A stretch of 64,000 nucleotides of DNA from the human T2T-CHM13v2.0 reference genome, Homo sapiens: the NCBI RefSeq assembly GCF_009914755.1, contig NC_060927.1, one strand, 5' to 3'. Shown here piece after piece: positions 15,240-31,850 of the stretch. Within the stretch, counting starts at the first letter, position 1. Each line of letters opens with the position of its first letter. Under the pieces are notes generated by a model. The model searched no databases and was not told where the DNA came from. It was given only the letters and a program-made list of their open reading frames with translations. The position numbers and the translations under genes are program-made.

Positions 15240-16583
15240 CGGGAATCGACAAGGCAAAAAACAAAAACAAAACAAAAATACACAACAAAAGTGCTCTAGT
15301 TCTCTCTAGAAAATTTGGTCCCCCAAACAACAAGCTACAGTACAACCAGGTCTATGGTTTTCGGGCCGGGCCGGCTCCGGGCCACAAGACCGCCTAGGTC
15401 GGCCGCTGCCGGGTTTCACATTTCTCCTTCCCAAGGTGGGAGAAGCAGGAGGTTTGAAAAACAAAAAGCAGGGAGGACGAGCCGTCCCAGCAGCGTGGGC
15501 CAGGCAGGCAGTGATCTCCCTGCCTCCAGGACTTGCATCGAAAGATCCGGGGACATTTGTTTTTGATTTTTTTCTTCAGATAGGGAGAGGGTGAAACTTC
15601 CCCAATTGGTAGACGAAACCATCTTTTATTGGATATATTCTCCTAACTCTGAACACAAGCTTTTTGAAGGCCCAACAAAAACTCTAACGCAAATCTTCCA
15701 GAAGAGAAGATGAGGAATACTAAAGCTTTTGATTTTCATATTTGGATTTAGCAAACTCCAAGGCCACAATACTTCCCCGGTTGCCCGGTGAATTTTTTTT
15801 CCTTTTTTTTTTTTTTAAATACTCTCTTAAAAAGTTCCACCGATCTTTCAAACAAAACATTAGCCAGCCGCCGGGGCCCGGAGGTGCCCGAAGCGACGGG
15901 ACTGATAGCGGAGGAAACGCAGCCTCCCTCCGCGCCCGCCCGCGGTGTAAACCGAGTACAGGCCGTGGAGCCAGGCTGCCCCGGCTCCCGCTGGGTCCCA
16001 ACCCCCGCCCCGCCTAGTGGGCCCCGCGGCAAGCGGCTTCTGAACAGCTTCAAGAGGGTTCGCGGAGCAAACACACGTATTGGTCCGTCCCTTTCTCGGG
16101 CAGCGCGGTCCCGCCATCAGTCCTGTCCGGCGCGTCTAGCCATGGACTGCACGGCAGTCGGGCGGGGAACGCGGAGAGCGAGCGCACCGACCTGTGAGAG
16201 AAGGCCAAGAGGTCTGCGCTGCCGACGCCCGGTCGCACCTCCGCCCCGGGCCCTTTCCGCGGTGAATTTGGGCAGGAGACGCTGGGGCTCCGGAAAGAGA
16301 CGAGCCCAGTAGAAAGCGCGCAGAGAGGCAGCTTCAGGCCAGGGGAGTGCAAGGTCACAGAGGTCAGGGAGGTGAGCACAGGAGGACATAAACTGAGGGG
16401 ACAAAGAGGAGCGACAGGAGCTTAGGAAAGCGAAAAAGCACAGAGGGACCCTGGGCGCTGGCTCCAGAGGCGGGCCCAGAGGGTGTGAGGTCAGGCTGGC
16501 GGCGGCGTCGTCGGCTGCGACCGGGGCCGGCGTCGCGCGTCCCTGCATCCTCGCATCCGTCTGCACCGGCATGCGGTGGGCTC

Positions 16584-17813
<1,230 letters not shown>

Positions 17814-17922
17814 TCAAACTTCTGGAGACTGCGGATGCCGCCCGCGCTTGCTTGCTGGAGGCCTGTCGCTGCTCTCCCCTCTCCTTCCCCTTCCCCTAGG
17901 GAGCGGCCGGCGGGAGTGGAGC

Positions 17923-17937
17923 TCAGCCTCTGGCCAT
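17923..17937 (-). promoter_or_regulatory. uORF (ATG GCC AGA GGC TGA, MARG*) in the FOXL2 5' UTR
   Basis: Only ATG on the minus strand between ~18130 and the FOXL2 start; context cccATGG. Confidence 0.6.
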
Positions 17938-18099
17938 GGGGAGTCCGCCCAACAGAGAGGGGCTCCGGCCTCGCCGCCCCTCCCCGCTCAGGCCAGTCCC
18001 CGCCTTGGTGGGTTTTCTTTTCTGCGCTCTTCCCCTCCCCCCGCCCCCCGGTTTCCCGAAGCACGACCCGCGTCTCTGGCGGAGCTGCCTCCTGGAGTC

Positions 18100-18560
<461 letters not shown>

Positions 18561-20365
18561 TAGGGTGGGGAGAGCTGCTCTGAGGCTTTGGGAAAGTCAG
18601 CCCAGAAACGGGTGTGACTGTACGAAGAAGCCTCGGCCTGGCCTGTCCCTCGCGCTCTCAGAGTGACTGGGCTGGAATGGGGCAGGGGAGAGGATCTCTG
18701 GAAATAGTCGTCAGGGGCGCCGCCTGAATCACCTCTGCCTCTCCCTGCGTTACCAGTGGATCTAGGAACCAGGAATCCGTGTACTAATCCTACGGGGTTG
18801 GAGTGAAGGTTGGATGTGTGCTTTAACAGCACCAAGTAGATGCCCCTCAGCTATTGCACTAACACAGGCGGGGCTGTTGCCCGGGACTTTGCGGGACTGT
18901 GTATGTGTGTGCACAGGGGTCACATATGGAAGTCATGGAGAGGAGCTGTCCTTGAGATGGGTGAGATACCAGGTGCATGTGTGCTGCTCAGAAACACAGG
19001 TATGCACATGTACAAGGTGTGAGATTTGTATTTACGAGGTAAAACACACTTATACTGATAGTTATGTAATACGTTCATCAAGTATTAGAGTAAATGTAGC
19101 TGGTGGATATAGCATCTTCTCTTTTTCTCCTTTCTTACTTCTTTCCTTCCCCCCCTTTCTTCCTTTCTTTCACAATTCTTCGATGCCTCTTTCCCTCCCA
19201 GTGTATGTATTTTGCCACAGACTGGGAAGACAAACATCAGGCTGAGGGAGGGACTTGTTCAAATCTCTCTCCTGATGAGACATTTGTTCTGATCTTTCTC
19301 CAAAGAATCAGGAGTTAGTTGTCACCTACCTTAAGCAGAATTCTGATGGGAATCCAATTATTTCAGCATGTACAGAGATTGTTTCAGGGAAAATCAGGTG
19401 TGCCTTTTAACAGTGTGCTCCTTAACAGTGCCTTTTAACTTGGCCTAAACAAAAAGTCTGCAGTCATAAAGTATGAGAGAGATGGCCAGTGTTTTGAATC
19501 CTCAAGCCCCAAACTCCTTGGTGCTGAGGAGGGGGGCAAGGCCACCTTATGGAGGAAGGTGGACTGAATGGATGTCATATAGCTGTGCATTAGTGATTGG
19601 CATGTCTGGAGTGGCTGACTCAATGCCTGTCACTGCCTCTTCCTCCCAGGCTGTTTAGACTCTGAGGGTTCTCCTGAAGCCCAAGGAGCCTTCAGCGGCC
19701 TGTGGTTCCAGCATCCACAGGCCATCTACAAGTGTTGTCTGCTGCTCACTCAGGCCTCTGATCTGCATTCTGAGATGAAAGGGAGGGAGGACAAGGGTGG
19801 TAGGGCTCTTTGGAATTCATCATCTTGAAGATGACACCAGAGAGGTCAGCAGGGCAGCCCTTGCCTGGTCACAAGGATGAGAGGGAGCAAGGCTATCCCC
19901 AAAGTAGCTTGGTTTTTTTTATGGGCGGTCTCCCACTGCACCCAACAGACATGGGGGAAGCAGCACTTCCGCAGAATCCCTGCTGCTGCTTTCTGAGCAG
20001 GAGTGCAGATGTTTTTCTTCTTCCTTACCCCCATCCTTGCCCAAGCTTTGGGTGGGAGTGGTGAGTCCGGTTTGGGGCTGCTGCAGATTGGCCTCAGTGC
20101 CTATCCTCCCCCAGCCAGGGCCTGGGCAGGGGGAAAAACAGCTGGGTCTGGCCCCATCCTGGTGGGGGCTCCTCTCTCCTTTTCTCTCCTTTTTTTTTTT
20201 CTTGACCACCCAGGCTGGCTCTCTGCGTCTCTCTGTCTTTCTTTCTTCTTCTCACAGGCATTTCCGCTGCTCAGCCCTGCAGCAGCCAGGTGTAACAGCA
20301 TTGTTGTGTGTGTCATCACTTCCCTGAATTCCACACTCGGCTCCCTTTTCAGCCTTTAAAGAGCC

Positions 20366-20379
20366 TGTGTGTGTATGCA

Positions 20380-20420
<41 letters not shown>
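20366..20420. repeat. (TG)n microsatellite in FOXL2NB intron 1
   Basis: Read directly. Confidence 0.95.
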
Positions 20421-20422
<2 letters not shown>

Positions 20423-20503
20423 GGGTTGGGGGCAAATGAAGGAGTTCCTCTGAAGGATTTTCAGAATAGAAAGGAGTTCTGCTCTGAAAATACTGATTTC
20501 TGA

Positions 20504-21575
<1,072 letters not shown>

Positions 21576-23498
21576 TACATCCCCATACACTCCACGCCTC
21601 AACAACTGTCAGCACTCACTCCCTCCCGGCCCCTCACAGGGCCCTTTGCACCCACACCTCAGGGACTCGGTGTCCCTCCACTCAGGTCACGTTACTCCAT
21701 CCACTTCTCTCTCCTTCTCCCTCTGTCAACTCCAAATCCCCTCTAGTTCTCCCTCCCCTCCTACTTCTCTCACACTCACCAGCTACACATACTAATTCAG
21801 ATTTTGCACATGTTGGTGGAAAACATGTCAAGCCAATGTGCAGACCCTAAGGCTTTTCACACGCTGCTCACTTTCGCATCTCACGGTGCAGAAGGACCGC
21901 TGGGCTCCAGGTTTACAAGCCTGACTCCGAGAAGCCTGTTGATTCTCTGATGTCCTTGGCCTGTGATTCGGGTGACTGGGCTGCCACCTGGGTGTTTTCA
22001 TGGTGGGACTGCCGCACAGACCACAGAGAAGCTCAGGTACTGAGCACGTTCCAGATACACTTTAACATGCACAGGCCACTCACACAGGCTTTATCTCTGT
22101 CTCGAAACTCTGCTGAGCTTGCTGCTCAGACCAACAAGGTGCAGCAGCAGACACCCACATAGCACCAGGTCTGAAGCCAGTGGGTATTAGTCTGCCTGGT
22201 TGGGATTAGCAAAGTCAGTTACTCACATATGTGCTTGGGAGAGAATAGGGGAGTGGAGAGAGAGAGAGAGATATTGAGGAAGAGGAAAGAGAAGCGACCT
22301 CCTACTCTGGGAAGAACTCACACATGAGAGCTGTTTCCTGTTGTTAAGTGTCTCACTGAGCTCCCCTCTTTCTCCCCCAGGAAGGGCTTGAGAGGCAGTA
22401 GACCAGAGCTCTGGGCTCCTCTTTACCTTGCTGATGTTGGGGTATGAGTCCTCCAACACCATTTTGTCCCAAGGACTATGTGCCCCATCGTCAATCAGGC
22501 AGAATGCAGGGCAGTTGTCGGCCTTTTTCATGGTGGAGGCCAACTGGGAAAAAGGCAGAAGGGTCTGGGTCCTGGGCCAAGTGAGGCCCTCTTCCCTCCA
22601 AAGACCCGTGGGATGCTCTCAGAGGCGGATTCTAGGGTGGTGGGAGCTGCTGACAAGTTTCCTCTGATATCCCTCATGACATCTATGGCCCAAAGCCATT
22701 TTGTTCAGCTCTGAACAGTGAGTGCCTTGCCAGTAGGCCTCAGGCTTGCTGGGGAACATGATGTGTTCTTAAAAGTTGCCTTGTTGCCTTTCTCCACACC
22801 CAGACTGTAAGCGCTGATGGGCAGAGACTCTGCCCTCCACTTCTCACTTAGTGCTCCCCACCAGGATGGGCTTAATGCCTTTTAATAGAATTAGAAAATG
22901 GTTCTGCTGGACAGAATTGGGAAATGCCACTTTCCTTATAATGAAGTTATAATGAAGTTAGAATTTCCAAGAAAGGGACTGTAGCTGAGGAAAAGCGGTT
23001 TGATCATTGACAGCCAGCTCAGGATCTGAGAGTTCTTTGCCATTTGGGGTTATTATAGCTGCATGGCCATGGTGCTGAACCTTAGGCAAGGGCAAGGACA
23101 CCTCCCTAGTTCCCAGTCATGGTGAGGACCTGTCTGAAACATTCAAACTAGACTTTACTGGAAACAGAGAAGTCTCTGCATTCAGGGCAGCTGGCTTGCA
23201 AGGTAAGGCCTGCAGTCTCCACCCGCACGCTAACCCATGAGGGGATGCCAGAGAGAGCCCTTCCCCCTTGGTCCTCATTCCTGGCTCAATTTTCTCCCAC
23301 AAAGCGGGCACTTTCTAAAGATGATAGGCAACTGCCATGGAGGAAGGCAGTTTTAGATGCCTAGCTGGCACAAAGTCCAGAGGAAGGGAGGGAGAAGGGC
23401 TGAGTTTTGTATTACTGTTCTACCTTTGGAGATTTTCCTCATGCCAAGATAGGGTGTGTGTGTGTGTGTGTATGTGTGTGTGTATGTGTGCACTATAA

Positions 23499-23834
<336 letters not shown>

Positions 23835-25100
23835 AGTTTTTTATTTTTTATTTAAACAGTTTTGGGGGAACAGGTGGTTTTTGCTTACATGGATAAGTTC
23901 TTTAATGGTAATTTCTGAGATTTTGGTGCACTTGTCACCCGAGCATTGTACACGGTACCCAGTGTGTAATCTTTTATCCCTCATCCCCCTCCTACGCTTC
24001 CCCCCCCGAGTCCCCATTATATAATTCTTTTTTTCTTCTTTTTGAGACAGAGTCTCACTCTGTTGCCCAGGCTGGAGTGCAGTGGCATGAACTTGGCTTA
24101 CTGCAGCCTCCTGAGTTCAAGTGATTCTCCTGCCTCAACCTCCTGTGTAGCTGGGACTACAGGCATGCACCACCATGCCCAGCTAATTTTTGTATTTTTT
24201 GTAGAGATGGGGTTTCACCATGTTGGCCAGGCTAGTCTTGAACTCCTAACCTCAAGTGATCTGCCTATTTTGGCCTCCCAAAGTGTTGGGATTACAGGCG
24301 TGCGCCACTGCGCCTGGTCCATTATGTCATTCTTATGCCTTTGCATCTTCATAGCTTAGCTCCCACTTATAAATGAAAACACAGGATATTTGGTTTTCCA
24401 TACTTGAGTTACTTCACTTAGTATAATGGTCTCCAGCTCCATCCAGGTTGCTGTGAATGCCATTATTTTGTTCCTTTTTATGGCTGAGTAGTATTCCATG
24501 GTGTATATATATCACATTTTCTTTATCCACTCATTGGTTGATGGGCATTTAGCCTTGTTCCATATTTTTGTATGCAGTATAACTTACAGATGGTAAACAA
24601 TATACAGCTTGATGTATTCTGACATGTAATGCAGTATGTAACCACCACCTGGATCAAGATATGGAGCATTTCTGGCACTTCATAAGGTTCCTTCATATCT
24701 TTTTCCAATCAATATTGCCTCAAAAGGGAAACCATATTTGGATTTCTATCACCATAAATAACCTTTGCCTGCCTTGAGCCTCGTATAAATGGAGCATATA
24801 GCATGTATGCCTTTATGTCTAGTTTTTTCTGTGCAACATATTTTTAATATTCACTGGTCTTGTTGCATGTGTCAGACATTTATTTCTTTTTATTGCTGTG
24901 TAATATTCTAGTATTTGCTTATCCATCCATATGTTGAGGGACATTTGTTTCCCGTTTTTGGATATCATAAATAAAGCTGCTGTGCACATTGTTGTACATG
25001 TCTTTTTGTGAAGGGTATTTTACTACTCTTGAGTGAACTGTAGGAGTAGGCATATATTTAGTTTCAATAGATTCAGTCAAACAGTTTCCAAAGTGATAAA
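23835..25100 (-). mobile_element. L1 3' fragments (L1PB/L1M-like), interrupted by an AluS at 24026-24320
   Basis: CTCCCACTTATAAATGAAAAC...TTTTTATGGCTGAGTAGTATTCCATGGTGTATATAT...TTTATCCACTCATTGGTTGATGGGCATTTAG. Confidence 0.85.
24970..24975 (+). terminator. FOXL2NB: Likely FOXL2NB polyA signal, located inside an antisense L1 fragment
   Basis: AATAAA ~3.4 kb after the stop codon; consistent with the ~6.7 kb gene span I recall. Confidence 0.5.
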
Positions 25101-25227
25101 ACCAAATACAGTGATATACAGATAGACAGACATACTTTAACAGGGCCTTTCCCTTATAGATAGCATTCTCTAAAAACCACTATTTAGCTGCACTTATTAT
25201 TACTGTTGTTATAAATGGAAAAAACAG

Positions 25228-25514
25228 CTTTTTTGTTTTTTGGTTTTTGTTGCACAAGGTCTCACTCTGTCACCCAGGCTGGAGTGCAGTGGCGTGATCG
25301 TGGCTCACTGCAGCCTTGACCTCCTGGGCTCCGCCTCCTGAGTAGCTGGGACTACAGGTGCTCACTGCCGTACCCAACTAATTTATGTATTTTTTGTAGA
25401 GATAGGGTTTCGCTGTGTTGCCCAGGCTGGTCTCGAACTCCTGGGTTCAGACAGTCCTCCCATCTCAGCCTCCCAAAATACTGGGATTACAGGCATGAGC
25501 TACCACACCTGGCC
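25228..25514 (-). mobile_element. AluJ-like, followed by a MIR (~25525-25715)
   Basis: Antisense Alu; MIR core CCCATTTTACACTTGAGGAACCTGAGGCTCAGAGAGG. Confidence 0.9.
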
Positions 25515-26939
25515 AAAAAAATAGCCATCCTTTATTAAGCAGTTATTTTGTGCCAGGAACATTACATGCATTATCTCATTTCATTTTTATGAGAAACCTA
25601 AGGGATTGGTACTATTCCCATTTTACACTTGAGGAACCTGAGGCTCAGAGAGGGTGAGTAACTTGCCAAAGGCCCCTGGCTGATAAGTGACCACTTGACT
25701 GTGGGCTCTGAATTTCACTTCCGTACATGTACCTCTGTTTGTTCCCGTGGGGTCAGGAAGTTCTCCCTTCCATCTGAGCAAATCTAGCTGCCGGGTAAGA
25801 GACTCATTTCCTATCAACCTGTAGTCCTCTCTGCATACCTTCTCACACCTAGATTTGAGATCTGTGTACACACCCATATGCACACAGTTTCTCTCCCACA
25901 GCCACGCACACTCACTGTGAAGAAGAAGAGGATGGGGGCCAATTTAGTGAAGACTTCAGAGCTTGCCAAGTCCCGGGCTCAGCAACCTAATGGGATCCCT
26001 CTCGGAATTTGCAGAAGATTGGACTAAGATTGGACTAGGGACCAGCCTGTTTCTGGATGCTACAGAGGATAATTCAGAGGCTTTCTTTCCCTGGAAAGAG
26101 ATGGGAATTTGGTCCTCCTCCCAGCATGCTGAGCCAAGCCCATGGTGGGCTTCAGAGGCTGATGCCTAGGGCATCCCTCTGCAAGGTTTGTCGACAGATG
26201 TTGCAGTTTGCCTTGGAAGGTGGTGAGTGGGGAGGATGAGTGTGGTCTGAGCAGGGAGAGAGCAGGAAGTCTGGGGAACTGCCCCTCTAGGCACAGTGCT
26301 TGACTAGGCCCTGCATGGAGTGGGCACTGCAGGAGGGAGAACCAGCAGCCTCCTCCTCGGGGCCATAGGTTACCAAATTTCCAAGTCTCCAAGCCCCTAA
26401 GCTTGACTGAGAGGAGTGTTGCTACTCTGTGGGTAGAGGCCATATGTGGGTTTTCTATGCTTTGCAGGTGGCCCCTCCTCAGGCCCCTTTCTAGACTAAT
26501 TGAGGTCTTGCTGGGCTCTGGGTTTGTAATTGGGGGTAATTGCTGACAGGCTGTTGGGGTGGTACAAGCAGGTTTTTGTTGGGGAAGCAGTAGTCAGGAT
26601 TTGGGGGCTTTGGGTGGGGACAGTCCAGGATCCCGATGTTCCCTATTCCAGGAAGCTCTTGTCCCTGGCCGTTTGCTTGGAGGCAGTACTCCTGAGGACC
26701 AGGGACTCATGGCATATCTGAACAGGAAGGGACCTCCTCGTGCAGGTGCTGGGAACTCAGATCCAGAGGCACACGGAAGGAGGTAGTGCAGCTGCAGCAG
26801 AGGTCCTGATGCCTGGCACTGTCATCTATGCACACCGCTGACAGGCTGAGAGGCACTGCCGTTGGGTGGCTAACAGACCTCTGTTCCAATTCCTACTGAT
26901 ATCAGCCTTGGAAATGATGGACGCTCGCCTTGCTTCAGA

Positions 26940-28500
26940 GTTTTAAATTTTTTAAAATCATTTTTTGAGTAGGCAATGTATTCACATGGACCAAAATTTA
27001 AAAATATAGAAGGCTTGCAGTGAAAAGTTTCTCTCCCACTTCTGTCCCCCAAGTCACCCTTCTCACAGGCAGCCAGTGACCCTGGTTTCACATATATCCT
27101 TCCAGACATAGTTTATGCACATACAAGCATACCCACATACATTCTTCTGCACTCCCTCAATTTTTGCCTATGGCAGCATTGAATGCACAGTGTTCTGCAC
27201 CTTAGATCTTTCCACATCAATGCATTCTCCTTTTAGAGCTGCATGCTATCTATGTTGTTTCTGATCCTTTGCTTTTACAAGCAATACAGTACTGTATAAA
27301 CTTGCATATATCTCATTTTGTAGGTATGTATATATATATTTATAAAAAGATTTCTGAAAGTGTAAGATTGGGTAATGGATATATGCACCTATAACTTTGA
27401 TAGATTATGCCAAATTCCTTATAGATTGAGCCAGAACACACTCTTGCCAACAGTGTGTGGCATTCCTGTTTCCTCATAGCCACACTAACACAAATCTTTT
27501 TTTTTTTTTTTTTGAGATGGAGTCTCACTCTGTCACCAAGCTGGAGTGTAGTGGTGCGATCTTGGCTCACTACAACCTCTGACTCCCTAGTTCAAACGAT
27601 TCTCCTGCCTCAGCTTCCCGAGTAGCTGGGATTACAGCCACATGCCACCATACCCAGCTAATTTTTTTTTTTTTTTTTTTTTTTTGAGACGGAGTCTCGG
27701 TCTGTGGCCCAGGCTGAAGTTCAGTCTCGGCTCACTGGAAGCTCCGCCTCTCGGGTTCACGCCATTCTCCTGCCTCAGCCTCCCGAGTAGCTGGGACTAC
27801 AGGCGCCCACCACCAGCCCGGCTAATTTTTTGTATTTTTTTAGTAGAGACGGGGTTTCACCATGTTAGCCAGGATGGTCTTGATCTCCTGACCTCATGAT
27901 CCGCCCACCTCAGCCTCCCAAAGTGCTGGGATTACAGGCATGAGCCAGTGCGCTTGGCTGACTTACAATGCACTCCAGCCTGGGCGACAGAGCGAGACTC
28001 CATCTCAAAAAAAAAAAAAAAAAAAAGAAAGAAAGAAATCTTACAGATATAATTGAGGACCCTGGCTTCTTCGATTCCTCTCTGTCCTTTTCCCTCTTGA
28101 GGTGATCACCATGGTAAATTTGGTGCTTAAGATTCCCATACCTGTTTTTGCACTTGTACTATGTGTGTGTACCCATTCTTAGGCAATACTTCATATAGTT
28201 TTGTATTTCCTAACTTTATATAAATGGTATCCTGCTGTTGCAGAAAGACACGTGCTTGCTTTTTCATTCAACCTATGTTTGTGAAAAAGTTCCTGGTTGC
28301 CACACAAACACAAGCTCCATTCATTTTCCCTGTGTTGCACCATTCCATTGTATGAATACATCGTGGTTTATTTATCCATGTTCCTGTTAAGAGACATCGG
28401 GTTATTTCCTATTCTTTACTATTACCAATAGTCTTGCTATGGATATTCTTAGGCATGTCTCCTAGTGCTCATGTGCTACAGTTTACCAAGAAGTGGGGCC
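26940..28500 (-). mobile_element. Old L1M fragments hosting a compound Alu cluster (27497-28037)
   Basis: L1-like AT-rich text plus three Alu pieces. Confidence 0.7.
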
Positions 28501-28949
28501 GCTGGATGAAAGGTCACAGGGATTTTCAACTTCACCAGTTACTGTTGAGCAGAGCCTCATCTTCTACATCTGTGAAAAAGAGAGTGATGCCTATACCTCA
28601 GGGAGTCCATGCCCATAAGTGGGATGGTGGAGTGGGAACAAAGGTGGGCTCAGGTTTCAGCAGGTCTCAACTTAAATCCTGGCTCTGTGATTTATTTGCT
28701 ATGTGACTTTGGGCCCAATATCCAGCCTTTCTTTGCCTCATTTCCCTCATCTGCAAAATGGTGATGATAGTATCTATGTTGCAGGGTTCCTGAGAGATAA
28801 ATGAGATATTGTATGAAAAGATTTAGTATAGGGTCTGGGACAGAGGAAACACAAAAAGACCCTAACAATGATTAGTAATGTATTCATAGTATTAATATTA
28901 TGAATATGTTAATTTGTTCTTATTAACATTGTTATATTGTACCTTTGAT

Positions 28950-29800
28950 CTCTTTTTAACCTGTTATTGTGGCACATTTTGAACTTACAAAATGGGAGAG
29001 AGAATAGTACACTGAACCCCCATCCACTTCCTTCTATAGCCCCATCCATTTCCTCACCCCTACCCCACTGGATTATTTTGAAGCCAGGCACAGACATCAT
29101 ATCTATTACTTCATTTGTAAATAGTTTACATTCCTAAAATATAAATACTTAAAAAAACCCCAAAACTACTGTAGCTATCATATTATCATCATACCTAAAA
29201 ACAGAGTGATTTTTTAGTGTAGTGAATCCTCAGCTCATGGTATTCAATGCTCACATTTTCTCAACTGTCTCAAAGAGATTTTACAGTTGGTTTGCTTGAA
29301 TCAATATGCAAACAAGATCTATACTATACACGACATTTGGTTAATATGTCTCGTGTCACTTTTAATCTATAGATATCTCTCATTGTTTTCTTTTTTTCCT
29401 TCTTGCAATATATCTTTTAAAGACACTGGGCCACTTGTCCTATAGAGTTTCTCACAACCTGGATTTTGCTGACCGCATCCCTGTGACATCCTTTAACATG
29501 CTCCTCTGTCCTCTTTATTTCCTGTACATTGGTAGATCTAGAAGCTTGGTTAGATTCAAGTTTGCTGTTCTGGCAAGAACACTTCCTAGATAGTGTTGTG
29601 TAGTTCCATCAGAACACTAGTGCCTGGGTTGTTTGTATTTTGATTTTTAACAGTCATTGATGATCACCACCTAGAGCCATTATTCATTAGGGTTTGCAAA
29701 ACAGTGATATTTTAATTCTAGCATTCCATCTTCAGGAATTAACCAAACTCTTCCATAAAGGAAAATTTTTCCTTATCAACCATTTGATTGCCCTTAGGTC
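28950..29800 (-). mobile_element. Old L1 (L1MC-like) fragment; MIR at ~28660-28870
   Basis: Degenerate L1M 3' motifs. Confidence 0.55.
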
Positions 29801-30535
29801 GGGCCCATGAAGGACAGGCAGGATGAATGATGGATTCTTCTTATATCTGATGATAATGATGATGGAACTCCAGGGGTCATTTAGGAAATAGCTGAATTTG
29901 TGGGCTCTTAAACGATATTAGGCAATGTCTTCCACCCAGAAGAAGAAAAGAAGAAAAGAAAGAATGAATGACAAAGCACCAACTCCCCACCACGTCATTT
30001 GTTTCTTCATACATTTGTTGAACCCCTTTTCTGTGCAATGACTGTTATGGGTGGGGAAGTAGAGCGGAGCAATGCATGATTTCTGCCCACAGGAAGCCCC
30101 AGGTGACAGGTACAAGCCTCTCCACAACTCTCTCAGCCCAAGGCACAGGTGCTACAGGAGGGAAGAGGAAGAAAGGAGGGATTTCAAGCTGGGCAATATG
30201 GGAAGGCCTTGTTGGTAAGGGCCAAGTCTCCTAGGAGAGGCCACAGTAGGGCTGAGCTGGCCACCATGCCATTGCAGGTGCTGGGGACCAGAGGATAGAC
30301 TGCCATTGCTTTAATCAAGGGAAAATTTCAGCTGCTTACCTGACAGGTGCCCAGGTATGTGCCAAGTGCTCTGGCAAGCATAAGAAAAAATATAGGGTAG
30401 TTTCTGCCCTTGAAGAGTTTTCTTTAGTCTGGTTTGGAAGAAAACACACATATGGCCCACAGAGATCATTAAGCATTGGCTGTAATTTAACAAATATTCC
30501 TTAAGTGTTTACTGTAGCCAGAAGCAGGGCTCTGA

Positions 30536-31101
<566 letters not shown>

Positions 31102-31369
31102 TAGACAGAACTCCCTGAGAGCAGGGCTGTGTTCTGATTCATTTTGGTTTAAGTAGTGCCTGGTGTGTAATACCTCTGACAGAAAATGTTTGTTGAGCGA
31201 ATGCCGGGGACTTCTCATTTAGAGCTTCTTTCTTTTAGATCAAGATTTAGTCTGGTAAGGGATTAGATATGCAATTATTATTAGTTATTGTGGAAACTTG
31301 GGGTGGGGAAGAATCTAGGACAAATGTTAGGGGTCCTCGTATGTGTTCATGGATAGTGAGGCAGTAGCA

Positions 31370-31850
31370 TGAAGAGGCGGGAAATTCAGGATGGGAGAGG
31401 GCTGCAGGACAAAGACTGCGGGCAGTCCGGCCGGGTTCCTGGGTGGAGGAAGGAAGGCACGTTTCCCGGTGTTGTTCCAGGCCTGACGGGTGTTCAGGGT
31501 GTAGGACTCAGGGTGTAGGACGAGCGTGGCGCGTCCCTCCGGACCGGAAGCGGGGCTCGCCCCAGCGACGGGGGGCTTCCTCACTTTCGTACCGCGCTCC
31601 TTCCCCGCAGAGGCCCGCCGGAAGCGGCAGCCGGCGGTGGGGACCAGGGCCCGGGACAGGCGGGTGATGTCTTTCCTGGAGGCAGCGATGCAGGAAGCCC
31701 GCGGGGAGCCCCGGCTTCGCCGCTCGGGGTTCAGGTGCACGGGCACAGACGCGCAAGCCCAGAGCAGCTCCTGAGAGCTGGGGTCCTGCACACTGGTCAC
31801 CTCGCCTTCCTCCTGTCTTCTTGATGCCCGATGGCTCTCCCACGCTGCAA
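31370..31850. promoter_or_regulatory. Orphan CpG island with ETS and E2F motifs
   Basis: CpG-dense island among repeats; CCGGAAGCGG at ~31544 and ~31618; GGCGGGAAA at ~31376. Confidence 0.65.
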
